A program made the position numbers and the translations under genes. A stretch of DNA of 64,000 nt from Octopus bimaculoides. Lineage: Eukaryota. This document shows, piece by piece, positions 24,201 to 38,529 of the stretch. The notes under the pieces are model-generated. The model worked only from the letters and a program-made list of their open reading frames with translations, did not search any database and was not told the DNA's origin. The DNA lies in NCBI RefSeq assembly GCF_001194135.2, contig NC_068982.1, positions 177,887,037 through 177,951,036 of the forward strand. Reading direction: 5' to 3'. Positions within the stretch are counted from its first letter, which is position 1; each line of letters begins with the position of its first letter.

Positions 24201-27200
24201 GCAGATTTTCAAGATGGATGCTCTTTCTGTTATCAACCCTCGCTTGTTTCCAAACAAAATAATATTTTCCTGTAGCTAGACATGTTTTTCACGGAAGACA
24301 GGAAACAAATAACCTTGCTTGTTTAACAATGCTCTTTTACAGCCACCACAGGGGTATATACACATATATGCAGGCATATANNNNNNNNNNCTTCAATTCC
24401 TACACATGTTTCAAAATATATGTGTGCTCTCCTCCAAAGAAGAGCTGCTGGAATTCCACATATATTCATCGTCAGGGAACCAACATATAAAAGCAAGACA
24501 AATGCGAAATGGTGAGGTAACTTACAAGCTATAACATGACATGGCCAAGTTCATTTATTGTTATTATTCATATCTACTCAAAATGTATCACTTCAACTTG
24601 GTATCTCTACCTATAAAACGGGTGTGATATCCTGGTTTTTTGTGTAATTTTTGCTACCCATGGTAACTATTAACATATTTACATTGTCAAAGGTTTTTTT
24701 TAAACTGAGATAATATTAATATATACATAAATTAATATATATATATAAAGTTGTAGTATATTGTCAACTTAATGTGACAATCCCAATAAGGGAACACACT
24801 ACTGCCGTTTAGCCCTAGGAAGCTGGACCGCTTCCTGTCGGCCATGACGCAATTACTGTGTCCTTAAGTTTGCGAGGGGGAGACAAACTCCCCCACCCTG
24901 CCTAGCCAGCATTCAGGGACATGTTTCTGAGTCTTTGCTCGTCATCAACCTGAAGTAGCTTGCCAGCTGGATAGAGAAGCCTGTTTCGCCTTCGCAAACT
25001 TATGTAAATCATAGTGAAGTTTATTCACTGATCATCAAAATTAGAAATATAATATTTCTAAAATATATATATAATAGGCTTCTTTCAGTTTCCATTCAGA
25101 AGGCTTTGGTTGGCCTGGGGTTTTATATAGTAGAAGACACTTGCCTAAGTGAGACAGAATTCTTGGTTGGGAAGCAAGCTGCTTAAGCACATACCATGCC
25201 TGTAAAATATGCTGTCCTCAATGAGCAGCTCTTTTTACATCCACTACTACCCTCAGAACACAGTTACTTCTATACATTGTTGCCAACAAGATACAAAATT
25301 AAGACCATCCTTTTCATACCAATTCACTACAGAGGAAGAGAGGGGTAAGTGTGTTTGGGTGAAAAAATTACAAAGAGAGTTCAGATTATAAGGATAAAAC
25401 TAAGGGAAAATGACTGGTGGATAGTAATATATTTACCTGGTCTCGCAATGTGTTAAGTAAATTCATTTGTTCTTTTCTTTCCATTTCTTCTTTAGAGAAA
25501 CGGAAATAACCAACACCATGCGTTCGAACCTCTGACAAGAAAAAATCATCAAAATAATTTTTAGGGAAAGAAAATTAAAATATTTGACATTTTAAAGTAA
25601 AACAAGCATTTTAAAAAAGTCAAGTTTTGCATTATTTAGGATTTGGTATAGAATCAGGAATAACTAGTACAGTTACTACATCATCGTCATCATCATCATC
25701 ATCATCACCACCATCATCATTTTTATATCCACTTTTTCAAGCTGCATAGATTAGATGAGACTCTGAATTAGCCAAATCAGACTGGAACCTGGTGCAGCTT
25801 GCCAGCCCTGGTCAAACCATCCAACCCATGCCAGCATGGGAAATGGACATTAAAGGATGATGATGATAATACTCTTCTTGACACCAACTTTTTCAGCAGC
25901 TTCTTACGACATACAAGGATATGGTATTTCTCTTCTCAATACTAGGATGTATACAGTATACACTTAAAAATTCTTATCTTAGTAGCTGTTAAATGACTAG
26001 AAATAGGTACTTCATCAAAGTATAATAAATCAATAATACAGAAAAAAAATAGACATGGAAGTGGAAACTACATTTAGAAGTCAGATATAAAGACAACAGA
26101 TTTACATCATCATCATCATCATCGTTTAACGTCCGCTTTCCATGCTAGCATGGGTTGGACGATTTGACTGAGGACTGGTGAACCAGAAGGCTACACCAGG
26201 CTCCAATCTGATTTGGCAGAGTTTCTACAGCTGGATGCCCTTCCTAACGCCAACTACTCCGAGAGTGTAGTGGGTGCTTTTACGTGCCACCGGCATGAAG
26301 GCCAGTCAGGCGGTGCTGGCATCGGCCACGCTCAAAATGGTGTATTTTACGTGCCACCTGCACAGGAGCCAGTCCAGTGGCACTGGCAATGATCTCACTC
26401 GAATGTCTTTACTAAATAGCAAAGAGTATAAAAAGAGGGATATGAGACGAGCAAGGACATTTTTTTTGTATTCAAAATATAATGCACACAACTACAAACA
26501 TTGATTATGAAGATGAGGCCCTTATAACATCACATATTTCAGCTGCATTTACTCACACAAATACCCCGCTTCTTATATACTATCAAGAACAGGAATGTGT
26601 GCACATAGAGCATAAAAGCACTTCTCATAGATGCCAAGTGCTGAGTGAAAAACTATGTCACCCAATTCAACTGGAGATGTAGCTTTGGAAGTAAAAAAAT
26701 GCACTTGATGTAAAGAAAATGAATGCATCACTTAAGCAACAAAATTCAATTGCAATATGTTGAATTAATTTTATTGTGAGAATAAATATTCTATATCAAA
26801 AAGGCTGCATCAAGAAGGGCATCCAAATTCCATCCAACCTATGCCAGCATGTAAAACCAGAAGTAAAACGGATGCTGATGATGCTATGTACAATGCCAAG
26901 ATGTATTTGTTTACTGAGTTACAATTGAAGAATGACTACAGCTACAAGTATGACTATATGGTTAAAAGTTCACTTTAAATCATGTGGTTTTTAGGTTCAA
27001 TCCCACCCTGTGCAAGTGGCTTCTACATTAGCTTCAGATTGAACCAAGCCAGACGGAAACAGTATGGAAGCTTGTTGAATGAATGAACTCCTATCTATAA
27101 AAGGAACTACAAGCACTTTCACTTACATATATACACGACAGAACTATCTACCGAATCCACTTATAAGGCTCTGGTTGGTCCAAGGCCACACAGTAGAAGA

Positions 27201-30200
27201 CACTTGCCCAAGGTGCCATGCAGTGGGACTGAACCCAAAACTATGTGGTTGGGAAGTGGCCTTCTTAACCACACAGCCACACCTGTACTTATGTGTTTGC
27301 TTTTAGGTCGTAGACTTAATCTGTTGCCCAGTTTAATTCACTAATCACTGGGTGTAGTCCAATCTGTTGCAAGCTTTCAAAACCTCCTCATATTGCTTCC
27401 TACTAGAGTAATCTGTAAGTCAAAGTTTCTTTCTTTCTTTCCTTCACCAACCCTGGGGACCACCCTGCTTGTCCTTCTCTGACTAATCTACAAAGAGAGT
27501 TAAACTATTTATAAAAAGCTGCATGAAAAACAAAGAAATGTATTTGTTACCATCAAATCTGACGTTTTCATAATGGATTGGACCAATTGGTCCTTCAACA
27601 GCCTTTCTTTCTTCAGCATCCCATTTTTCATGTAGCATTTGTCGATACCTTTCTTGTGGATCAAGTATTTCAGATTTATCTGATTCACTATTCGATTTAC
27701 TTTGAATTTCTTCAGAATTTTTACTGTAACAACAATAAATCAACTGTTTTAAGTAAAATTGGGATAAAAAGAACAAAAAAAAACGAGAAAAATGCATAAA
27801 AAAATACAGGTGTTGTTAAGAAGTTTGCTTTCCAACCAGGTTTAGTTCCACTGTGTGCTACCTTGGGCAAGTGTTGTCTACTATAGACCCAGGTCCTGAT
27901 CAAAGCCTTGAGTGCACTTTGGTAAATAGAAAATGAAAGAAGCCCACAGTGTGTGTGTGTGTGTGTTTATATTGCTTTGTCTTCACATTACATGATAATG
28001 GTAAACTATTATTTCCAATCTTCCATGAAGACCGATCTAGACATGGGTAAATATTAGCTTGCTTAGAAACAAGTGAAGGTTTGTGAGAAGAGCATCTGAC
28101 CTCTAAAAAGCTGTTTCAATGAATTCCATCTGACTTAAGCAGGCATGGAAAACATCACCATCATTTAACATCCATTGTCCATGCTGGCATGGGTTGGACA
28201 GTTTGACTGGGCTGGCACACTGGAAGGCTGCACCAGACTCCAGTCTGATTTGGCATAGTTTTCTATGGCTGTATGCCCTTCCTAGTGCCAACTACTCCGA
28301 GAGTGTAATGGGGGGCTTTTACGTGCCACCAGCACAGGTACTATTTGCATGACACTGGGGTGTGTTTATGTGCCACCAGCACTGGGGGCGATATAATCAG
28401 CTTAACCCCTCCCCCGAAATTGCTGGCCTTGTGCCAGAATTTGAAAGCAACGTAACATCAATTTTTATTAACATTTATAGACAGAGAAAAGTGTTATCGA
28501 ATCTTCAACTTTAATTTATCTAATTGAAAAAAAGAACAAAAGTAATTTACTTGGTAGGAAGCAAGCCTAATTCTTTATCTCTGTCCTGCATAAATGTTAA
28601 ATCTTTCTTCAAACAAGTCCGAGTTCTTCCCAAACTATCTGTATACTCAATCCTATAAAATACAATGGTAATATTTATTAATATGCAAATTCAATTCCAT
28701 TTTACACCAGAAAAAAAGGCAAAAGAAACACATAGAAAGGAGAGATAGAAGATGGGTAGATGACGGGGTATAAATATGGCTACATGAATGCATGGCTGAT
28801 TCGTTAAAAAGATCATTTTGTAATCACAGTCCCAGATTTGATCACTAAGTAATACCATAAGCAAGGGTAATCTAACACAGCCTCAAATTAATCCAAGGTA
28901 TATATGAAGGAAATTAAGTAGATGGACTTGATTCCGTGTGTCCATAGAACACTCAGCCACCTGCTGAGTTGATAGACTTAACTGAGTTGAAAGACTTAAC
29001 AACTAGAACAGTCATCAATCAGAATTGATAGATGAGTCCATTAGTGTTTTCTTCTACCACAGTTAAAAATTAGGTGTTACAAGTATTACTTCAATAAATT
29101 TTGTACATATTTATATTTATAGAAAGGTACAGTTGTAGGCATCATTGCATTGCTAAGAAGTTTTCAATGCAAACATGAGATTTGAAGTTCATTCCTACAG
29201 CATGACACTATGGGTAGGTGTCTTCTGATATAGTCTTGAGTTGACCAATGCCTTGCAAGTGAAATTTGTAGTCATAAGTTATCGGAGGGCAGGAGTGTGT
29301 CTGTCTGTCTGTACCTTCTGATTGTCTTCATATCTTTTACACACTGCAAAACCAATGTCAATGTACATGTGGTCTTATTGTTTACATCTGCCATAAAATT
29401 GTGTGTGGCCATTTAGCTGTTTGTTGTTTGAAAGATCAGGAGCAAATAGTACCTAAGTGAAAGTTGGTAACAGGAAAAACGCCTGGCTGTTGAAAAATTG
29501 CCTGAGTAAATTTCAACCAACCCATGCTATCATGAAAAAGCTGGGCATTAAAACAATAATGATGACAATGGTGATGATAGCACCATCACACACAATGGCA
29601 GCAAAGAAAAACAAATGTAAAAACATTGGAAAACAAAATTTATAAATGAGAAATGTAAAACAAGTGACAAATGTTTACCATTGTTCTTCAGGATCATCAG
29701 TCGAACTATCAAACTCTTGTTCTGTTTCCTCTGATGAAACCTTATGTTTTTCACTAGAGATTTTATCAATGGCTTTCTTTTGAAAATCAACAAGGAAAAT
29801 TTGGCTTCCATCTTCATCTAATATCAAACAAAATAATATAATTAATAGCTAATGAAACTATAAATATAAGTCATGTGTTTAGTAAAGTTTAATGCAGTGA
29901 TTCAGAAGATAAGCTATGGAACTAATAATTACAAGTTAAAATTCTGGTTATCTTCATTATTATTATGTTTTAGCTTTAAGGAACGTACACTTCTCTATGA
30001 AATACAGAGTTACAGATGTAACTCCTCCACTTTATAAAAAAAAAAACATCATCATCAATTTAGGAAATAAACAGAGAAAAGATAGTATGTGTTAGTTGTT
30101 AATCACCAGTATATAGAAAAAACAAACATTATAATAATAATTTCTTTCTAATAGACAAATATGTATATATATTTGATTAATCTAATTCGAGAACATTATT

Positions 30201-32690
30201 GAAATCTCTTTCATTTACATTATAAGGCTGGATTTACAACCATGATGTTATGATCTCTAGAAATCATAAAAAGTAACATAACTACAGTACTGAGTCCTAG
30301 AACTTATAGGGGTGGTTATCCAGTTTCCATGGTGTATAAGTAACTGAGATCACAACATTCCTGTGAACTGGGCACCAGTCCATTGCAGGTTACTCACTGC
30401 TGGTTAGACTGAAGCAATGTGAAATGAAACATTTTGCTCAAGAACACAACATGCCACCAAGTCCTTAAATCAAAACCACAATCTTATGATGGTGTGTGTA
30501 ACACCCTAAGTAACAGACCATGCATCTTCACAGAAACTGTACAACTGGTAGCCAATTGTTGGAGAAAACTGAATAATGCAAAACAAAAACTGAAACTTTA
30601 ATTAATCAATCAATATGATGGATTAAAAAACAATTCACTTTACAAACAAACAATATATACTTACCAGGTATATTTTGATCGTTAGTTATTTTCTCATAGA
30701 GTTGGCTTTTTAATTCAAGAACTTTTCTGGAAAAGAAATATTTTTTTCATTGTACATAAAGAAAAATGCAAATAACAACCACCAATCACTTTTAAACATA
30801 CCTGAAGCCTTCTTAACAAGAAATATCATCATCTTGATACAAAGTAAAATTAATACTAATTTATTTTGTAATTTCTTGACTATTAATGCTCATGGTCTTT
30901 TTCTAACCAATTCATAACATTATTTTTTTTTCACTTTTATTTTATTTCTTTAAATTCATAAAAGAAAATCCTAAATTATATTCTCTATCTATTGTAGTAA
31001 GTTTATAAATTGTTGTGTAGAATTAAGTTTAGTATAGTATAGTAAACTCACATTTCATTAACTACATTAACTATACTATTTAAGCAGATTATAGAATATT
31101 TTACATAATAATGAGAACATCATCACCATCATCATTTTAACGTTTATTTTTCCATGCTTGCATGGATAAGATGGGATTTGTTGAGGTGAACTTTCAATGA
31201 CCAGATGCCCTTCTTGTTGCCAATCCTCATATGCTTCCAAGTAAGGTAATATTTCCCCATGACCAGACATGTTTCACAAAAAATCAGAAACGAAGGACGC
31301 CACTACCATGACATTGACACTCATTTACAACTATCATGCAATGTCAGGCAAGGAAACAATAACACGCACACACGTACATATCCCCCTCGTAGTAATCCCC
31401 TTATATGCTACCATGAAACTGACCCCCCACACACACACACCTCCCCAAGGGCTTATAGACCTGTGAACTGCATGGTGACCTCAACAGTGCAGATGACATT
31501 AAAAAAAGCACCTATTCCTCACTGTAAAGTGGTTGGCATCAGGATGGGCATTCAGCCATAAAAACTATGCCAAAGCAGATTTGAGTTCAATGCAGTTCTT
31601 GGGCACATCAGATCCTGTCAAACCATCCAACTCATTCCAGCATGAAACATGAACATTAAATTATGACAATAATTAGCCTAGGCAAAGTTCAGAGAGCTCT
31701 TACTTCTGCTGGTGACAAAGGGCTTCTTGCTCAGAGTAAAAGGTAGACTGTATGACACATGTGTATGAACAGCCATGCTACATGGCAGTGAAACATGGGC
31801 TGTGACTGTTGAGGACGTGCAAGGAATGAAGCCAGTATGCTTTGCTGGATGTGTAATGTCAGTATGCATACTCGACAGAGTGTAAGTACCTTGAGAGAAA
31901 AGTTGGACCTAAGAAGCATCAGATGTAGTATGCAAGAGAGACAACTGCGCTGGTCTGGTCGTGTGGCGAGAATGGATGAGGACAGCTGTGTGAAAAAATG
32001 CCACACCCTGTGGAAGAGGTAGACCCAGGAAGACCTTGGATGAGGTGGTGAAGCATGAGCTTCGAACATTAGACCTCACCAAGGCAATGACTAATGTCTG
32101 AGACCTTTGGAAATATGCTGTGCTTGAGAAGACCCGGCAAGCCAAGTCAGACTATAACTCGTGGCCTATGTCAGGGTGTAACCAGCCCACTTATGCGTAC
32201 CTTTCTTTCATTGGACACTAAACCCTGCTTGCAAAGACCTGTTGAGGCAAGTGAAATCGAAATCAAATTCGATGACTGGTATCCATGCTAGTGGAGCACT
32301 AAGAGCGTGATCGTTGCCAGAGCAGCTGACTGGCTTCCATGCCGGTGGTACGTAAAAAGCAGCATTCAAGCGTGATTGTTACTAATATTGCCTTACTGGC
32401 ACATGAAAAAATATTCGAGCAAGGTCGTTTCCAGTGCTGCTGGACTGGCTCCTGTGCAGGTGGCACGTAAAAAACACCATTTGAGCATGGCCGTTGCCAG
32501 TACTGCCTGACTGGCCCTCGTATCGGTGGCACATTAAAGCACCCACTACACTCTTGGAGTAGTTGGCATTAGGAAGGGCATCCAGCTGTAGAAACTCTGC
32601 CAGATCAGATTTGAACCTGGTGCAGCCATCTGATTCGCCAGTCCTCAGTCAAATCGTCCAACCCATGCCAGCATGGAAAGCGGACGTTAA

Positions 32691-32729
<39 letters not shown>

Positions 32730-35700
32730 ACAACAGACTTCTTTCAGTTTCTGTCTCACAAAGCTTTGCTCAACCCAGGGTTATAGAAGAAGACACTTGC
32801 CCAAGTTAACGCATAGTGGGAATGAACCCAGAGTGTGGTAGGGAAGCAAACTTCTTGCCCCATAGCCATACTAGCACCCTTAAATTATATTATATATATC
32901 TGCAAAATATCAAAATCAGAAGAATTAAGAACCAAGCTACTTTTTAAAATCTTGATAAAAGATGTATGAAAACTGAGAAAATCCTCACCGAGATTTTTCT
33001 AATGAGTCCTCTTCTTCTTTCTTGGCAACATAATCCTTTTTAGCTCGTTCATCAACTCCACTATTTTTTCTCAATATTGTTGTTTTCTGAAGTATGAAAA
33101 TTACTGATAAATTAAGTATAATGATGTGAATCGGATAATGTAAATTTAATAATAACAGTTTCCATAGAGCTGTATCTACAGGGGATTTTATCTCCTAGTT
33201 TCCACTGCAGTGATACTTTGCTCTTCCTTCTGCACATTAATCCTTTTAGTATTTAAACAGGCCATATCCAGCCCAAATATTCTACCTGTTTTATGTTCGA
33301 ACTGGCCAGGTTCAGTCTCTCACACCAACCTTACAATATCATTCTAAAAATAAACAGTCTCATCATCAAAATCTCAAAACTATGAGATAACACATGATTA
33401 ATTCAAAACAATGAGAATAGGTATTAAATTATTTGACAAGGTAAACTGAATGCTAAAGAATTAATAGCCTACACCATTCCAGAACATGCTAATGAAGTTT
33501 CTTTGCTTATGAATTGTGCTGCACTCCAAGATTCCATTATGTATCCTACAATGCTATTACCTGCTGGCACTTCTATTTTATTTTTTTTATGGTTTGGTTT
33601 AGTTTAGTTTGGAAATAGGGAGCTCCTCACTCCATAGGCTCTTGCAGCATCTCTAATATTGATGAGATTGATGTTATTCTTAAGCAACTGCTAGTCAACG
33701 TATGGAGGAAAAATATGGAGAGAAGAAAGATTCAGCATGGTGGTTACTATGGTACCAGAGGAGGGATATTAAAATATGGATGATAAGAGGAGGAGAGATG
33801 AGTCAAGTGGTCCAGGGTGGAACTGGTATGAGACCATAGCCACTGTACTAGCAGTAGGTAAAGCAGGGTGAAGAGACAATAAGTTTGTGGACCAAAGGTT
33901 GAAGGATGTTGGTATTTAACACCATACCAATCAGTCAGGTGGCCCTTTTTGAATGCAGCCTAAGATGCTAGTAGGCTTAGCAATAGCATTGTCCTGGTAT
34001 GGGAGTATTATTCTATTGTGGGTCTAACTTGAGCTTGAAGCATTTTTTTTTAATACTAAAGACGAGGGCCAATTTTGGGATGCAATCTTTGCTTCTACTC
34101 CACCTCCACACACACATTCTCTTATCCAAATAATGCCACCCTTAATATCTCCTTAATGTTTTTCACACAAGCATCATCAACATTCGGTCTAGATACTTCA
34201 TGACAGACATACTCTGTTTCCATGATCAAAGACCATGAATATTTTTCAGTGAAGAAATATAACCTAATCTTCCTGGACAGCAGCAAAACATAATTTCTAG
34301 ACATACCAAAGAAACAACCTTGCAATACTATACACTTCTCTACACAACTAGGTGACTACAAATTCCCCACAACTCCTGATGATCCACCATGACAACTACA
34401 TATCAGTAACATAGATAACACTTCATTCCTTTAACTAGGTTTCCCCAAAAATTTCAACAATAACTACTTCTGATGCAATTGTCAATAGAGTACTGCATAT
34501 ATATCTAGGACAGTGCAGGCTGCTAAGCACATACAATTATTTTATACTGCATCCAAATGAATAGCATTCATAGGAGGATTGTCAAAAAGACTTACCAATG
34601 TACTACAACCACTAGCTCCCATATTGTTTGTTCACCCTACCTCTTCTACTGCAATGAACTTTTCTCTCCTGCCACCTCAGTTAGCTCTACTCCCATTGTT
34701 CTTACCATTATCCAAACCCTTACAACAAACAGTCATGGTTATGAGCACGGTTCCTTTCTTTTGATTAATTAAAAATCATCTAAGTCTTGGTTCCTGACAA
34801 ACTTCAAGAGATATTATTATGACATATTTTGTATCCTTTATCCCTCTCTTGGTCTCTGCCATATTAACTTTTATGCATTTGGATTCTGAACATACTTCCA
34901 GATTTGAAATTTTTTTCTGAAGATATTTGACAAATTATTTGTGAGCCAAGAAATAAGTATATAAATATTCCAAAAGATGTTGAAATCTTCAACTCTGTAT
35001 CTACTATATAAAGAATTTTTAATGTGGAGAAGCAGGCTGAAGACAGAATCCATCAGTGTACTAAATGCACTACCAACCTCAATTTTGTTCACAAAAATTT
35101 TATACACAGCCCAAGCTTTTCTTACAAACAATTCAGCAACTCTTAGTCAGTACCTCACCACCACCAATAGACTACAGAGCATGGAATTCAAGTTGATATG
35201 TGATTTTTGCAGTTGCTTCAGCATTTTATACAAGTTAACTGACCTTGTACTCATTTCGTGTTGATTTTAACTGCATGCAAGACTTGTTCCACCAACTGTA
35301 TCTGTTTGACTTTATTACAAGCTTGATCTTGTATACTAGTCATTAGCAATAAAACTTTCGTGCACCACCTGGTTATGTATATCATCTGTAAAATTTCATT
35401 GTTGCATCAATTCCAAATATATCTATAGTTTTACCCACTCTTATGCCTATTATATTGCCTTACTAATCTTTCTTATAGTAATCCCTGCACCATCATCATC
35501 ATCATCATTTAATGTCTGACTTTCATGGTAGCATGGGCTGGATGATTTGACAGGAGCTGACAAGCAGAGGATTGCACCAAGCTCTACTTACTGCTTTGGC
35601 ATGGTTTCTATGGCTGGATACCCTTCCTAATGCCAACTACATTACAGAGTGTTCCAAGTGCTTTTTCATGTGGCACCATCACTAACCACAAAAATACAAA

Positions 35701-38498
35701 CTTTTGATGTCTCCAACTAAATACTGACCATTTTTTATTCCCCTTTTTAAGTGCAACCAACCCTTAATTTCTCACAAAATTTTGCAGGAAACACAGTTGT
35801 ACTTACTTTTGCAGTTGTTTTCCCTTTAATGTAATTAGTTGACGCACATTTAAGTTTTTCTTTCTTGAACTCTTCTTGTTTCCTAAAAAGTTCTGCTTTC
35901 AGTTCAATCAACTATGAAAAATATTACACCAAAAGTAGGAATTATTAAATGAAAAAACTATTAACAGTCAATATGTAACAAAATATCCTGAAAATAAAGT
36001 AAATAAAAACATATTATTAAAAGTAAATTATTTATAAAATTTACTCTTACAGTAAATTTATTTATCAGATTAGAAACATGCAAAATTCAGTAAGTATAAA
36101 AGCCCAAAACAATTTTCACATGAGTGAAATCATAGTCATGGCCAATGCCGGTGCCACCCATCCCAGTGGCATGTAAAAGGCACCATTCAGGCATGGCTGA
36201 TGTCAATGCCACCTGACTGGCACCCATGCCAGTGGCACATAAAAAGCAACATCTGAGCGTGACTGATCCCAGTGTCACCTGACTGGCACCCGTGCTGGTA
36301 ACACATAAAAAGCACCATTCAAGCATAACTGATGCCAGTGCCATCTGACTAGCTCCTGTGCTGGTTGCACATAAAAAGCACCCACTACACTCTCAGAGTG
36401 GTTGGCATTAGGAAGGGCAATGAGCTGTAGAAATCTTGCCAAATCAGATTGGTGCCTGATGCAGCCTCCCAACTTGCCAGTCCTCAGTCGAACTGCCCAA
36501 CCAATGCCAGCATGGAAAGTAGACGTTAAATGATGATGATGATGAAGAAGAGAATCTTATTTTTCAGAGAAGCAAATTGGAATAAATAATGTTTCTTTTG
36601 CTTAAAATTATAATGCAATTCCAAAAGAAAATTATCACCACAAGCATCATTATCACTGTTTTAATGTCCACTTTTCCACTTGCATAAGTCAAACGAAATT
36701 CAGTGAAGCAATTTCTCTTCAGCCGGATGCTCTTCCTGTTACCAATTCTCACCTTTTCCCAAGCAAAGTAAGACAGTCTTCCCAATGGCATGTAGAAAAG
36801 AGAGGAAAGTAATGAGAAGAGAGGGAGTGATAGACAGCTATGTGAAGCTTGTTGGTAAGGTGATTTAATAGCAACAACAGTGTGAATGGTATGGTAGGTG
36901 TGATAGAAAATGGGTGACAGAAGAGGGAGTACTGGATAGTGGCAGCTTGTGTATAGGCACTGCAGAACTGCAGCACCTCCTATTTCTACTTGATATTATT
37001 GATAACATTCAATATAATGAGTCCTTTTCTCTTTAATTCTTTCTTTATACTTGTACATTATATAATCCTTAATTTTAATGTCAGTAGCTATCCCCTAGTT
37101 TATGAAAAAAATGCAAAAATTCTTGGATAGAACTGTGCGCTTCACAGTTCCAGCGATGCAGTATTTGGCTGTTGTGCACATGCTCACATGTCTGAGACAG
37201 AAAGTTGCATGCTAGAGAGAGAGTGCACTGTGGTTCATGTAGTGCTGACACTGATGAAAGGTAGTGTTTCTTTTTGATTCCATGTGTGTTGTGTTTAAAA
37301 ACGTGTTTATATTCTTGAATATGATAAAGTGTAGAATCAGATTATTATCCTGCTTCCAGCTAGTGTTGCTGCCATGATTTGAAAAATAGGGCAGATTTTC
37401 CCCACTTATTTTGTGATTTAGGGGGTATTTTTGGAAAACAAAGGGGAATTTATAGTGGTGTTCAGTGAACAAATTAAACACACTACTCAGCAGTGGCTAA
37501 AATGTGAACCGATCAAGTTTATGTATAAATATTTTTTTTTATATGTTTGTTTCCTTTTACACAATATTAAAACTAAAAATTTTCTGAAGCAGCACTGCCA
37601 ATAATTTTATCTACGAGCTGCCACTGGTACTGGGAGAGAGAGTAATGACTAAAGTGAGACACATTGATGCAAATATTTTATTTAATGTCTTTTGGCGGGC
37701 GGAGGGCTTCGGGTTAAAGACAGTAGGGTGTAATTTAAAGTAAATTTAGCTGCTGTTTCTTGTAGGCTATCCTACTTGTCACATTTTTTCTACAAGCACC
37801 AGCCTGCACAAGTTCAAATTGATCATTGAGTTCACATGTTTGGGAAAGCCTGCAAGGAACATAGCTGCTGCCACATCTCCCTCCTCCAACTGAATAATCC
37901 AAACAAAAATATCACAAAAGATGGGTCTCCTTTTGAGAGCCAAAAAATACCTGTCCTGTAGAGTTGCTGATCCTATAGAAGTCAGAAATGTGTCTTAGAG
38001 AACCTGCAAAAGTCATAGGCACAACCCTTTCTCCAGACAAATCTATTCACATTTGAGACAATGGACTAGATTTTAAAAATTCATCTAACTGAGACAAACG
38101 TTTATTCCTTGAGCAAATATAGGAGACTCTATGTAGTTATCCTACTAGCTAGAAATGGTATTCTACAGTCTCAAAAAAGATATATTACATAATGTTGTCA
38201 GAGATGACTGAACAAGGCAAGATTATAGTTGGAATACTTTAGGTCGTAGGTCTACTGACATGGGGCTACACAAAAAAACATTCATTCTTATAACTTTAGC
38301 AGATACATCTTTTATGTTTTACTTGTTTCTGCCATTGGACTTTAGCCATGCTGAGGCACCACATTGAAGGGTACAGTCAAACAAATCGACTCCTGTATTA
38401 ATTTTTAAAATCTGGTATTTATTCTATTGATATCTTTTGTTGAACCGTTTAGCTCGGGACGTAAACATATCAACATTGGTTGTCAAACAAAAACACAC

Positions 38499-38529
<31 letters not shown>

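Noticed and set aside
34871-35131. 86-aa minus-strand ORF as a nested gene or CCDC174 exon
   Set aside because: Carries RTE RT remnants (KFQIWK), and the CCDC174 frame is complete without it
37491-37626. hAT-type MITE (CAGTGGC...GCCACTG)
   Set aside because: Only 7-bp terminal match and no 8-bp TSD
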